A DNA stretch of 64,000 bases, from contig OZ024766.1 of assembly GCA_964016885.1 (NCBI GenBank), forward strand, positions 1,116,001 to 1,180,000, in the 5' to 3' direction. A program made the position numbers and the translations under genes. The stretch comes from Eledone cirrhosa. Lineage: Eukaryota. Positions 1 to 13,497 of the stretch are shown one piece after another; the first letter of the stretch is position 1; each line of letters begins with the position of its first letter. Below the pieces are notes generated by a model. It saw nothing but the letters and a program-made list of their open reading frames with translations, made no database searches and was not told the origin of the DNA.

Positions 1-55
1 TCTGCATTTATTATGCAACAATGCACAATCGGCGCATGTGGCTTCATCAGCGGGT

Positions 56-708
56 TTGAGAAATTAGGAATAAGAAGGATCAGATGCTGTTTACCTGAGA
101 GAAGATTATGGTCATGTGATGTGCATGAAAGATGACAGCTGCATAAAAAAAGTGCAGGATGATCAAAATTAATGGAAGTTACGGAGTAGGGAGACCCAGA
201 AAACCTGGGACGATCTGATAAATTACGACCTTACACATTTACACCTCTCTAAGAAAATGTCACTGGACCGAGATCTTTGGCGCTACGCAGTAATACAGAA
301 GAGACACCTGGCCTATGTACAAAGTTAACCTACAGTCAGTAGACCCCTCTTAACCAAATATACACCCAAACCCACTACCCCTACACCATCCTCCCACCAA
401 CACCACCCTCTCTCTGTAAAGTTATGTTGGTACCACAACATCCAGTCCTAAATAAATGAGGCCGTGTAGGTGTCACAGCAAAAAAACACAGTCCACGCTA
501 TAATGTGGAGTGTAGGTAACACGGTAAAAAGTTCCCAGTCCACACTGTAAACGTGGTTGGTGTTAGGAAGGGCATCCAGCCGTAGAAAACCTGCCAGATA
601 AGGTCCTATACGAGCGAGACATGGTCACCCAACTTGCCTCAAATAGGACAAACTCGTCAAACCCATGCTAGCATGGAAGATACACAGTAATCGATGATGA
701 TGATGATA
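56..708 (+). mobile_element. 3' end of RTE family B LINE: ORF end plus V-domain-containing 3' UTR and (GAT)n tail
   Basis: Colinear with 58380-58800 (reverse). Continues into ggtgttaggaagggcatccagccgtagaaa and a cccatgctagc...(gat)n tail. Similar copies at 2455-3061, 49192-49577 and 62557-63011. Confidence 0.8.
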
Positions 709-715
709 TATAAAA

Positions 716-757
<42 letters not shown>

Positions 758-771
758 ATATATACATATAT

Positions 772-852
<81 letters not shown>

Positions 853-875
853 CACACACACATATATATATATAT

Positions 876-992
<117 letters not shown>

Positions 993-1391
993 TATATATA
1001 TATGCACAAGCACAAACATGCACGGACGAGAAAAGGGACTTACATACACACACACCACTACGTGCACAGACACGAACTCTTAAACACCCACAACACACAC
1101 ATATATATATATGTATATATACACACATACACATATATGTATATATATGTATATATATATAGACACAGGTATACAGAGACACACAAGAGTGTATATAGAC
1201 AGAGGTATATATATAGGCACAGGTGTATATATAAATACACAGACAGGAGTGTATATATACACACAAGCGGGTAAAGTGTACTAAAGAAATATCTACCTGT
1301 TGTTTTTAATTAATTAATAATCAACGAGCATTGTTATTGAGTCTGTTGTACAACTAATTAAGCAATTAACAACTGAGTGGCTGTGTATATG

Positions 1392-1422
<31 letters not shown>

Positions 1423-1460
1423 ATATACTTACACACACATATATATATATATATATACTT

Positions 1461-1519
<59 letters not shown>

Positions 1520-1523
<4 letters not shown>

Positions 1524-1865
1524 GCAGGCAAGCTAACAGATAGGGAAAACTATATATGCAGTAGATGTACAGAGAAATTTGACAGTAGAAGTCGCAGTGA
1601 TAGACACAGTTTTCAAATGCAGGTGGATTCTATAGAAGTGGTTGATAGCTTCCAGTACCTAGGTGATCAGATTAGCAGGAGACCATGGTGCTCCGAGGCC
1701 ATAGCATCTAGAATAAGAATGAGTTGGAAGAAGTTTAGGAGACTGCTTCCTCTGCTGACAAAGAAGGGTTTCTCCCTGCGTACGAAAGGCCGGTTATATG
1801 ATGCCTGTGTGAGGAGCACGATGCTGCATGGTAGTGAGACATGGGCAGCAACTGCAGAGGATATT
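1520..1865 (+). mobile_element. RTE family A internal fragment
   Basis: YICSRC...FQYLGD...RLYDACVRSTMLHGSETW. Similar pieces at 53085-53440, 28450-28870, 29180-29290 (-) and 36335-36480. Confidence 0.8.
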
Positions 1866-2017
1866 TATTCTCTAGCTCCTCTACTGATTCTGCTATAAGA
1901 ACCAGATCATCAGCATAGAGAAATTCCCATGGGCATCCAGTGTGTTGTATGACATAGATGATAACTGATATATATATATATATATATCAGTTATATATAT
2001 ATTTATAACACCATATT

Positions 2018-2078
2018 TATTTTATAATATGTATTTCAAGGGTACCAATATTTAAGTATGGTTTCGTCAGATAAAATA
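2018..2078 (-). ncRNA. Decayed hammerhead motif (family A)
   Basis: Minus: TATTTTAT-CTGACGA-...-GAAA-TACATA-TT-ATAAAATA. Stem I perfect, stem II eroded. Confidence 0.55.
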
Positions 2079-3274
2079 TATTTGGTGTTAAGATAGTTAC
2101 ATATCTTCATGTGAACTTAATGGTATAGTACCACTACCACCACCATCAGTACCACCACCACTACCACCACTACTACCACCACCACCACCAGTACCACACC
2201 ACCATCAATACCACATCCACCACCACTACTACCACCACCACCACCACTACTACTACTACCACCACCACCACTACTACTACTACCACCACTACCACCACCA
2301 CTACAGCTGCTAATCATCTCATTGTTAATGGAAGCTGTCAATACAATAGGGTCAATGACATGTATATGTTATATATATATATGTGTGTAATATATGTATA
2401 TATATATATATATATTGGATGTGTTATAGTAATATACACAAATGGCAACACATAAACGAACTAAGTGAGAATTAGGAATAAGAGGTATCAGATGTTGTTT
2501 ACCTGAGAGAAGACTACGGTGGTTCGGTCACGTGATGTGCATGAAAGATGACAGCTGTATAAAAAATGCGACCTTGCACACTTACACCTCTCTAAGACAA
2601 TGTCACTGGACAGAGATCTTTGGCGCCACGCAGTAATACAGAAGACCCACCTTCCCTTGTATACAAAGTTAAACCTACAGTCAGTAGGCCCCTCTTAACC
2701 AAATATACACCCCAACCCACTACCCCTACTCCATCCTCCCACCAACACCACCCCTTTCTCTGTAAAGTTATGTTTGTACCACAACATCCAGTCCAAACTA
2801 AAGAGGTCGTGTAGGTGTCACGATAAAACACACAGCCCATGCTGTGGCCATGTAGATAACACGGTAAAAAGGCTCCCAGTCCACACTGTAAATGTGGTTG
2901 GTGTTAGGAAGGGCATCCAGCCGTAGAAAACCTGCCAGATACAGTCCTTTACGAGCGAGACACAGTCACCTGATCAATCTTGCCTCAGGTGGGACAATTC
3001 TCGTCTAACCCATGCTAGCGTGGAAGATAGACGTTAAACAATGATGATGATGATGATGATATGTGAAATGGATGAAGAAACAGTGATACCAGGTGTTTTT
3101 GTTTCACCTTAATTAACTCTGAAGGTTCTGTTCTATGCCCCAGTTTACTTAGAGATTCCAAATATTAACAGTCAAAGTACTCAATATATTTGTGGAGATT
3201 TTGAAGTTTAACTTGTGAAGAATTTGGCAGCTTTATCTTGAGTAAAAGAAATATACATATAATTATAAATATTT

Positions 3275-3679
3275 GTGGAGGCACATGGCTTAGTGGTTAG
3301 AGCATTGGCCTTGCAATCGAAAGGTTGTGAGTTCAATTCTCATACCGGGTGATGTGTTGTTTCTTTGAGCAAGACACTTTATTTTCACATTGCTTCAGTT
3401 TACTCAGCTGTAGAAAATGAGATGATAGGGACTGGGATCCATATCATTCCACTGTAAAGTGGTCGTGGAGGTGCCACGGCAAAAAAAGCACCCAGCACTC
3501 ACTGTAAATGAGGTTGGTGTTAGGAAGGGCATCCAGCTGTAGAAATCAAGCCAAATCAGTTCCTGTATGAGCAAGGCATGGTCAGCCGACCAGACACTGC
3601 CCACAACAGGACAACCCGTCTAACCCATGCTAGCGTGGAAGAACGGACGTAAAACGGTGATGATGATGATGATGATGAT
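3275..3679 (+). mobile_element. tRNA-derived SINE (A/B boxes, CORE-like and V domains, tail type 1)
   Basis: A box tggcttagtgg, B box gttcaattc, ttgagcaagacac, ggaagggcatccagc, cccatgctagcgtggaag...(gat)n. A same-tail copy lies at 23533-23975 (-). Confidence 0.85.
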
Positions 3680-4099
3680 CCAGCTGTAGAAATCAAGCCA
3701 GAGTCAGTTCCCGTCCCACCCTTGCAAGCAGGGAAAAGCGGACATAAAATGAAATGATTTAATATAAATTTGAAGTATCTCTCTTTCTCTCTCTCTCTCT
3801 ATATATATATATATAGGTGCCTTTGTTGTGACACCTACACGATCACTTTACAGTGTGGACTGGCTGTTATGAGGCTCATTTTCTATGGCTGGATGCCCTT
3901 CCTAACTCCAACCACATTGACAGTGTGTGCTGTGTGCTTTTTGCCGTGTCTTTTACACGTCCATTTTACAGTGTGGGCTGGATGTTTTGTGGTACCAATA
4001 TAACATACATATACACACACATATACACATACATATATCATGATAATGATACATATATATATATACTTGTGCCTATATACATATACATATATGTATTAA

Positions 4100-4446
4100 C
4101 CCTTTAGCATTTACATTACACTATATATACTATTGTATTTTCACAGTAAAAGCTTTACCTCACATAATATCTCACATAACATTTACATTACTCTATATAT
4201 ACTATTGTATTTTCACAGTAAAGGCTTTACCTCACATAATATCTCACATAACATTTACATTACTCTATATATACTATTGTATTTTCACAGTAAAGGCTTT
4301 ACCTCACATAATATCGAATCTATGACAATTTAATATTATTTAATTTGAGACCAATATCTCAACATAAGTATGGGCAACTGGTTATGGCCTTTTGAACAGA
4401 AAGATGTGAGAGAATTCTGGATACAACTGGTTTAAATGCTAAAGTG
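4100..4446. mobile_element. piggyBac-type MITE
   Basis: TTAA on both sides, TIR CCCTTTAGCATTTA / TAAATGCTAAAGtG, internal tandem repeats. Confidence 0.75.
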
Positions 4447-5015
4447 TTAACACTTTAAACCAGATTTGTTCCTATATTTATATATTAAAGCCTGGTTAGT
4501 TTCTCGATTGATAAATTTCTATATATCGTTTACAATTATGTTATATTATTGATACTCTACTCAAAAGTTTTATTGAGCTTTTTCTGAGAAACAATATCTA
4601 TACACATCTATTGATCTAACCTAAAATTAAATTATAAATAAATATATATATATATATATATATATATGCAAAAGTTCTATTAAAATTGTTGGGATACAAC
4701 AAGTAAATATTTTAATATCGTATATATACTGAATATCATGAAAAGAGATGTATTCAAAAATTTTTTTTCGATTTTCGGAAGACAGCATATATATGTGTAG
4801 GTATGTATATTCCTTCTGATAGTTTGTAAAAATTTTACATAGATCTATATGATATGCATACCAACACTAACGCATATATATCCTAGAAACGATCGTAAAA
4901 TGATGAATTTTTTTAATATAAGGAACTGTTTCTTTGTTTATTCATTATTTTTATTAATTTATCTTGACTCTGTTTTCCTGTATTTTTCATCGAAAAAAGT
5001 TTTTTGAATATATAT

Positions 5016-5047
<32 letters not shown>

Positions 5048-5108
5048 ATATATAATATATATATAATGAGAAAGTTAGTTGATTTAGAATCAGCCGACTT
5101 TTATATAA

Positions 5109-5397
5109 GTGACTAGGTTTTTATTTTGTCTGTCTCTCCTTTGAACACACAACACACAAAAACAAGATGGAGAGACACAAAAAATAAAAACCTAGTCACT
5201 GAGGAGGTCACAGAATGTGTGACGAAAGAGCTTTGACAATATATAAACAACCTTCCGGTCATCGGAAATTTATAATAAATTCAAGTAAAACCAATAGGTA
5301 CGTGGCTTTTTATTGGCACCATGACCCTCCCAAAGTATAACAATATCTGTTTCAACACGTGTTTCCAGATAAGGAATCTCGCAAAACAAATAAAAAA
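5109..5397 (+). mobile_element. Family B hammerhead-bearing element with 5' inversion
   Basis: Inverted segment 5109-5139 vs 5169-5200. Homologous sequence at ~36500-36610 and ~63440-63780; the latter ends in a perfect 29-bp-arm palindrome (63720-63778). Confidence 0.6.
5195..5237 (+). ncRNA. Type I hammerhead motif (family B)
   Basis: GTCA-CTGAGGA-G-GTCACA-gaatg-TGTGAC-GAAA-GAGC-TT-TGAC. Related copies at 36572-36610 (+, GGAA) and 63649-63691 (-, AAAA) carry core mutations. Confidence 0.68.
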
Positions 5398-5552
5398 TAT
5401 ATATATATATATATATATGAAATATGTAAATATAAACATATATATATATATATATATATGAAATAAGTATATATAAATATATATATATAAAGATATATAT
5501 ATATATACATAAGCATACTTATATGGATGGATAGATAATCCATTTATATATC

Positions 5553-5599
<47 letters not shown>

Positions 5600-5821
5600 T
5601 TGTGTGTAAATGTACATACACACACAAGGTGGCATTAGGTATAGTAATGAAGATGGAGGAGATGTTGGAGAGGTAGTATTAGTGAAGGAGGTGTTGGTGG
5701 TGTAGGGGGAGGTGGACAAGCAGTGTATGCTACTGGCAATCAATATTGTGATTTAATGAACTATTTTAAGAGCTGATATCACTGCATCTTGCCTTGCTAA
5801 TGTTTCTAGGCCTGGCTATAC

Positions 5822-5852
<31 letters not shown>

Positions 5853-6023
5853 TATATATATATACATACATATACATATATATATATACACACATATATA
5901 TATATACACACATATATATATATATATACATATACATATACATATATACATATACATATATATATATACATATACATATACATATATATATATACATATA
6001 TATATATACATATATATATATAC

Positions 6024-6082
<59 letters not shown>

Positions 6083-6120
6083 CATCATTTTACGTCCGCT
6101 TTGCCCTGCTTGCAAGGGTG

Positions 6121-6170
<50 letters not shown>

Positions 6171-6380
6171 AATGTGTATTCATCAACGCATAGAGAGACA
6201 TGCATACATACATATGCAATATTAGATATATAATTGTAAATACATAAGTGTATGTGTATATACACACATGCACTCTCACATATATATATCATCATCATCA
6301 GCATCATGTGTTTGTGTGTGTATCCCGGGTTCACAGTAAGTAAGGTATTCAATACATACCGGAGTATAAATATTTAATAT

Positions 6381-6630
<250 letters not shown>

Positions 6631-6706
6631 CACTTTGTACTGCACTCTTTGTTATTGTTTTAACTTTGTATATATATATATATATATATATATATTACAT
6701 ACATAC

Positions 6707-6738
<32 letters not shown>

Positions 6739-6793
6739 GTACATATATATATATTATACATATATATATATATATATATATATATTATACATA

Positions 6794-6824
<31 letters not shown>

Positions 6825-6859
6825 TATACATATATATATATATATATATATTATACATA

Positions 6860-6890
<31 letters not shown>

Positions 6891-6945
6891 TATACATATA
6901 TATATATATATATATATTATACATATATATATATATATATATATT

Positions 6946-7004
<59 letters not shown>

Positions 7005-7126
7005 ATACATATATATATATATGTATATATATATATATGTGTATATATATATACATACATATATATATATATATACATACATATATATATATATATATAT
7101 ATGTATGTATATATATATATACATAC

Positions 7127-7167
<41 letters not shown>

Positions 7168-7173
7168 AGTATG

Positions 7174-7231
<58 letters not shown>

Positions 7232-7850
7232 CATACATATATATATATATGTATGTATGTATATATAGAGAAACACGAGGTAACAAAATTTATGAAACGT
7301 GTTCGATTTCTGTGAAATATGTGAGCCAATTTCTAAACTGTATGCTTTAGCTTACATTAAGTTGTAGCAGTAAGCAGGTCAGAGACAGCTTAATAAAACA
7401 TCCACTGTCAGAGATGGTGACGTCATCATCGCTAGTTACCTGCCCTTAGCTTCTGCTGGAACACGCGAGATGGCGCTGTAACGCCAGTTTTCAAACTCAA
7501 AACAGGGCCTTTAAAATGTTTATATATAAACATACCGTGTATCCCCAGATATACAAATTCACTTATTATATATATATATATGTATTTATATATCTATCTT
7601 ATATATATATATATATATGTGTGTGTGTGGTGTTTATATATAATATATATATATATATATATATTAATATACATATATATATGTGTGTGTGTGTGGTGTT
7701 TATATATCATATATATATATATATTAATATACATATATATATATATATGTGTGTGGTGTTTATATATCATATATATATATATATATATTAATATACATAT
7801 ATATATATGTGTGTGTGGTGTTTATATATATATATTTTTATACATATATG

Positions 7851-7887
<37 letters not shown>

Positions 7888-7966
7888 ATATATATATGTG
7901 TATATATATATATATGTGTGTGTATATATATATGTTTGTATATAAATATACATATATTCACACACC

Positions 7967-8019
<53 letters not shown>

Positions 8020-9504
8020 GTGTATATGTATATATGTATATATATTATCAAACCATCAACAAGACACTCCTGCCCTCCCCACTTACTGAGTGAGGGTGGA
8101 ACTTGTCAAATCGGACCAAGGAAACAATGTTCCCATTGGTCTTTCCATCACTGATACCAGTGGCAACCCCTGCTAGAAGAAGCCACGTGAAATAAAGTAT
8201 CTTGCTCAAGGACATAACGCATCGACTGGTCCCGGGGATTGAAGTCACAACTTCATGATTGGGGGTCCAATTGTCCAAGTAGGTCACATGGTTTTAGTCC
8301 ATCGAAGGAAACCATGTGACTTAGTATTTTGAGACATCGTGCTTTGCGGCATAGAGTTACGGCCCTTTACGTTCTGAATTCAAATCCTGCCGAACTTAAC
8401 TACGCGTACCGTGCTTACGGGGTCGTTAAAATAAAGTACCAGTAATGCACTGGGGTTGATTTAATCTACTCCTTCCCTGGTGGAATGGTGGTGGTGGTAT
8501 GGTGGTGGCGTTGGTGGTGTTGGTATGGTGGTGGTGGTGTTGGAGGTGTTGTTTGTGGTGGTGGAGTGGTATTGGTGGTGATGGTGATGGTGGTGGTGGT
8601 GGTGGAGTGGTGGTGGTGGTGGTGGCAGTGGTGGTGGAGTGGTGGTGGTGGTGGTAATGGTGGTGGTGAAATGGTATTGGTGGTGGTGGTGGTGTTGGTA
8701 TGGTGGTCATGTGGTGTTGGAGGTGGTGGTGGTATGGAGATGGCGGTGGCAGTGTTGATGGTGGTGGTGGCGGTGTTGATGGCGGTGGTATGTTTCTAAT
8801 AAAGTACCAGTAACATACTGGATCATTTAGTTGACTTTGCCCTCTCCCCAAATTACTGGCCTTGTGCCTACATCAGAACAGAATCAGTAGAGCGTCAGAC
8901 ACTATCCTTTGCAGCATTGAGTTGTGGCCCTTTACGTTCTGAGGTCAAATTCCACCGAGGTTAACTTTACCTTTCATCCTTACTGGGTTCGATTTAATCG
9001 ACTTTCCCCTCCCCCATCCCCCTTGTACCTAAATCAGAGACATGTATTAACAATTAGGACGGTCGATTGTTAGCATAGAGTTGTGGCCCTTTACGTTCTG
9101 AGTTGAAATCCTATTGTAAATACTGCCAGGTTTGACACTGGGGAACTCATCACAGCCATTACTACACCCACAATATATTGTCACCTAATTAGTTTCACTA
9201 ATTAGGTGAAGCAATTAACTGATCTAATTAGGTGAACTAATTAGCAATGGAGGACGGTATTATGAGCTTTTCTTTAAATATAGAAATGACAAGATTTCAG
9301 ATGTCATTATCAGATCGGACCTAGGAAACGACATTTCCATTTCTCTTTCAAATTATTTATAATGGTTTTTGAAGTAGACACAAGGCCAGCAATTTGGGGT
9401 GAGGGGGAACGTCAGTCAAACTGACCCCAGTACATAACCCTATGATACAAAGCATAGTGTCCAACCCTCTACCGATACTGCCAATCCAGCACCCTAATTA
9501 TTAA

Positions 9505-9888
9505 TAATTGTTTCTACTTCTGGCACAAGGCCAGCAATTACCCAGGACATTACTGGTATTTTATTTTATCGACACCGTGGAGGATGAAAGGCAAAGTTAA
9601 CCTCGGCGGGATTTGAACTCAGACCGTAAAGGGCCGTAACTCCGACTCTCTACCGATACTGCCAATCTAGCACCGGAATTGTTAATAATATCTACCGGTC
9701 GGTGGATTGGCAGTATCGGTAGAGGGTCGGACACCATGCTTTGATGCATAGAGTTACGACCCTTGCCATTCTGAGTTCAAATCCCGCCGAGGTTAACTTT
9801 GCCTTTCATCCTTATGGGGACGATAAAATAAAGTACCAGTAATACACTGGAGTAATTGTTGGCCTTGTGCCAAAAGTAGAAACAATTA
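9505..9888. mobile_element. Inverted pair of Nin-domain-like SINEs
   Basis: gcctttcatcctt...gataaaataaagtaccag motif in opposite orientations. More family members at ~8340-9040, 10525-10625, 11200-11380, 40680-40835, 45055-45155, 46315-46450, 47135-47217 and 60583-60765. Confidence 0.75.
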
Positions 9889-10079
9889 ATCAATGAGGTT
9901 ATCAATAGATATTTCATTGATTAATGCTACATAATTATTGATATTTGATTGTTATTGGTGAATATTAAAATTGGTTCTAAGTTAATAGTCTGGAAAGTCT
10001 GGGCTAAAGATTTTCAATTTTTAGTCTTTTCAAATTTTTAAACTGGGCAATAAATCATATCGTTGAGTAAGGCAGGTAT

Positions 10080-10440
10080 GTAGGGGTCCTGTGACCCCTG
10101 ATAGAGTTGTAGGGGTCCTGTAACTCCTGATACAGTAGTAGGGGTCCCATAACTCCTGATACAGTAGTAGGGGTCCTGTAACTCCTGATACAGTAGTTGG
10201 GGTCCCGTAACTCCTGATACAATAGTAGGGTCCCATAACTCCTAATACAGTAGTAGGGATCCTGTAACTCCTGATACAGTAGTAGGGGTCCCATAACTCC
10301 TAATAGAGTTGTAGGGGACCCCCGTATTGTCATACAGTGGTCCCGTAACTCCTAATAGAGTAATAGAGTTGTAGGGGCTGTATTGTCATACAGTGGTCCC
10401 GTAACTCCTCATACAGTAGTAGGTGACCCCGTATTGTCAT
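10080..10440. repeat. ~31-32-bp minisatellite (gtaggggtccYRtaactcctgatacagta)
   Basis: About 10 degenerate tandem units. Confidence 0.85.
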
Positions 10441-10652
10441 ATGGCGTTTCTTGCACATTGTAAGCCTGGTGGAGCCCATCTCTTCTCCAGGTCTGAGTAC
10501 AGCAGATTTCTTCCAGAGAAAGGAAGAATCGACCCCAGTACTTGACTGGTACTTTTTTTTTATCGACCCTGTAAGGATGAAAGGCAAAGTTAACCTCGGC
10601 AGGATTTGAACTGAGAGAGCAGGGAGATTCAATGAATACCATAAAGCATTCT

Positions 10653-10988
10653 GGAGTCACATGGCTTAGTGGTTAGAGCATTGGGCTTGCAATCGAAAGG
10701 TTGTGAGTTCAATTCTCAGACCGGGTGATGTGTTGTTTCCTTGAGCAAGACACTTTATTTCACATTGCTCCAGTTTACTCAGCTGTAGAAATGAGATGAT
10801 AGGGACTGGGGTCCCTACCATTCCACTGCAAAGTGGTCGTGGAGGTGCCACGGCATAAAAGCACCCAGCACTCACTGTAAATGAGGTTGGTGTTAGGAAG
10901 GGCATCTAGCTGTAGAAATCAAGCCAGAGTCAGTTCCCATCCCGCCCTTGCAAGCAGGGAAAAGCGGACATCAAATGATGATGATGAT
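10653..10988 (+). mobile_element. Same SINE body with tail type 2 (RTE family A 3' end)
   Basis: Ends cccttgcaagcagggaaaagcggac...(gat)n. Further copies at 32195-32530, 51752-52093 and 61228-61547 (all -); partial heads at 22381-22605 and 29543-29702. Confidence 0.85.
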
Positions 10989-11481
10989 TCTCTCCAACAT
11001 TCTAATGACTTCATGCAATGGACTCATGTTCTATCAAGAGCAAAGTCTTGTCTATACAAGATATATTTCTTTAATTGTTTCTACTTTGGGCATTAATTCG
11101 AGTAATGCCATTGCTTGATACGTAAGCATGAACATCACGGACGTGGCTTTTTAGTGCTGCCAGGGTCTTGCCTATGGCCAGCAATACCATATGTCACAAA
11201 TAATTGTTTCTACTTTTTGGCACAAGGCCAACAATTACTCCAGTGTATTACTGGCACTTTATTTTGTCGACCCCGTAAGGATGAAAGGCAAAGCTAACCT
11301 CGGAGGGATTTGAAGTCAGAATGGAAACGGTCGTAACTCCAAGCTGCAAAGCATGGCATCCGACCCTCTACCGATTCTACGAGTAAGACACGGTCACCTG
11401 ACACAAGTTGCCTCTAAATGGACCCGTCTAACCCATGCTAGCGTGGAAGATGGACATTAATAGATGATGATGATATATATG

Positions 11482-11593
<112 letters not shown>

Positions 11594-11823
11594 TAGTGGT
11601 AGTAGTAGTAGTGGTAGTAGTGGTGGTAGTAGTAGTAGTAGTGGTAGTAGTAGTGGTAGTAGTAGTAGTAGTGGTAGTAGTAGTAGCAGTGGTGGTAGTA
11701 GTAGTGGTAGTAGTGGTAGTAGTAGTAGTAGTGGTAGTAGTGGTGGTAGTAGTAGTAGTAGTGGTAGTAGTAGTAGTAGTGGTAGTAGTAGTAGTAGTGG
11801 TAGTAGTAGTAGCAGTGGTAGTA

Positions 11824-11888
<65 letters not shown>

Positions 11889-11964
11889 GGTGTTCAGTGT
11901 TTTTATTGATTTCTCTCCAATGCAGATCTGACCTAGTTTTTGTGACTTCTCCACCTCAGACGCT

Positions 11965-13110
11965 CTCTTGTACCACACTACAGCCTATACCACACCACAC
12001 TACAGCCTGTACCACACCACACTACAGCCTGTACCACACCACACTACAGCCTGTACCACACCACACTACAGCCTATACCACACCACACTACAGCCTATAC
12101 CACGCCACACTACACTACAGCCTATACCACACCACACTACAGCCTGTACCACGCCACACTACACTACAGCCTGTACCACGCCACACCACACTACAGCCTA
12201 TACCACGCCACACCACACTACAGCCTATACCACACCACACTACAGCCTATACCACACCACACTACAGCCTGTACCACACCACACTACAGCCTGTACCACA
12301 CCACACTACAGCCTGTACCACACCACAGCCTATACCACACCACACTACAGCCTATACCACACCACACTACAGCCTGTACCACACCACACTACAGCCTATA
12401 CCACACCACACTACAGCCTATACCACACCACACTACAGCCTGTACCACGCCACACTACACTACAGCCTGTACCACACCACACTACAGCCTGTACCACACC
12501 ACACTACAGCCTATACCACACCACACTACATCCTGTACCACACCACACTACAGCCTATACCACACCACACTACAGCCTGTACCACACCACACCACACCAC
12601 AGCCTGTACTACACTACAGCCTATACCACACCACACTACAGCCTATACCACACCACACTACAGCCTGTACCACACCACACCACACTACAGCCTGTACCAC
12701 ACCACACCACACCACAGCCTGTACTACACTACAGCCTATACCACACCACACTACAGCCTATACCACACCACACTACAGCCTGTACCACACCACACCACAC
12801 TACATCCTGTACTACACTACAGCCTATACCACACCACACTACAGCCTGTACCACACCACACTACAGCCTATACCACACCACACTACAGCCTGTACCACAC
12901 TACAGCCTATACCACACCACACTACAGCCTGTACCACACTACAGCCTATACCACACCACACTACATCCTGTACCACACCACTACAGCCTGTACCACACCA
13001 CACTACAGCCTGTACCACACCATACTACACTACAGCTTGTACCACACCACACTACACTACAGCCTATACTGCACTACACCACAGCCTATATTACACCACA
13101 TTACACCACA
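11965..13110. repeat. ~22-bp minisatellite (ccacaccacactacagcctRta)n
   Basis: Directly visible tandem units with 5-bp length variants. Confidence 0.95.
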
Positions 13111-13154
13111 TCCGACATTAAAGAGAGAGAGAGGAAGATAAAACCCCTTCTGTG

Positions 13155-13202
13155 ACATCTAGGGGGTTTCGACTTGTTTTCAGCGAGCCTTTTCAAGTAT
13201 AT
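13155..13202 (-). ncRNA. Decayed hammerhead motif (TTGAAAA type)
   Basis: Minus: TTGAAAA-GGCT...AGTC-GAAA-CCCCC-TA. Stem II 4 bp, stem I weak. Confidence 0.3.
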
Positions 13203-13497
13203 AACCCTTTAAAGGACTTGCCAAAACCCCTAAATGTCACAGTTGAGCTTTTACCTTCCTCTATACCCACTCTGTTTCTTCCCTTAAAGTACTCCCCTCG
13301 TTTGTGGTCTCCCTCAGCACAACTAGTTGGATGTAAGTATCGAAGATCTTAGCCTTCAAATAATAGTAAACTCGTTTTGATGTTAGTACTTCCTTGTTCT
13401 TGATGAAAGCTGCCCAACCTAGAGTGTTGTTTGATGATAGTTTGTGGCCAAGATATACAAACTCTGTAACTTGAGCAATTTGCTGGTTGTATGGTAT

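Noticed and set aside
3277-3350. tRNA gene
   Set aside because: A/B boxes are present, but it is the head of a multi-copy SINE continuing into CORE-like sequence; the other heads are the same.
10440-10520. Unique-looking segment tested as a kinase exon
   Set aside because: No kinase motif in any minus-strand frame and no convincing donor; it lies between a minisatellite and a SINE.
11897-13155. ~400-aa His/Thr/Tyr repeat proteins
   Set aside because: Translations of a ~22-bp minisatellite; no coding or splice evidence.
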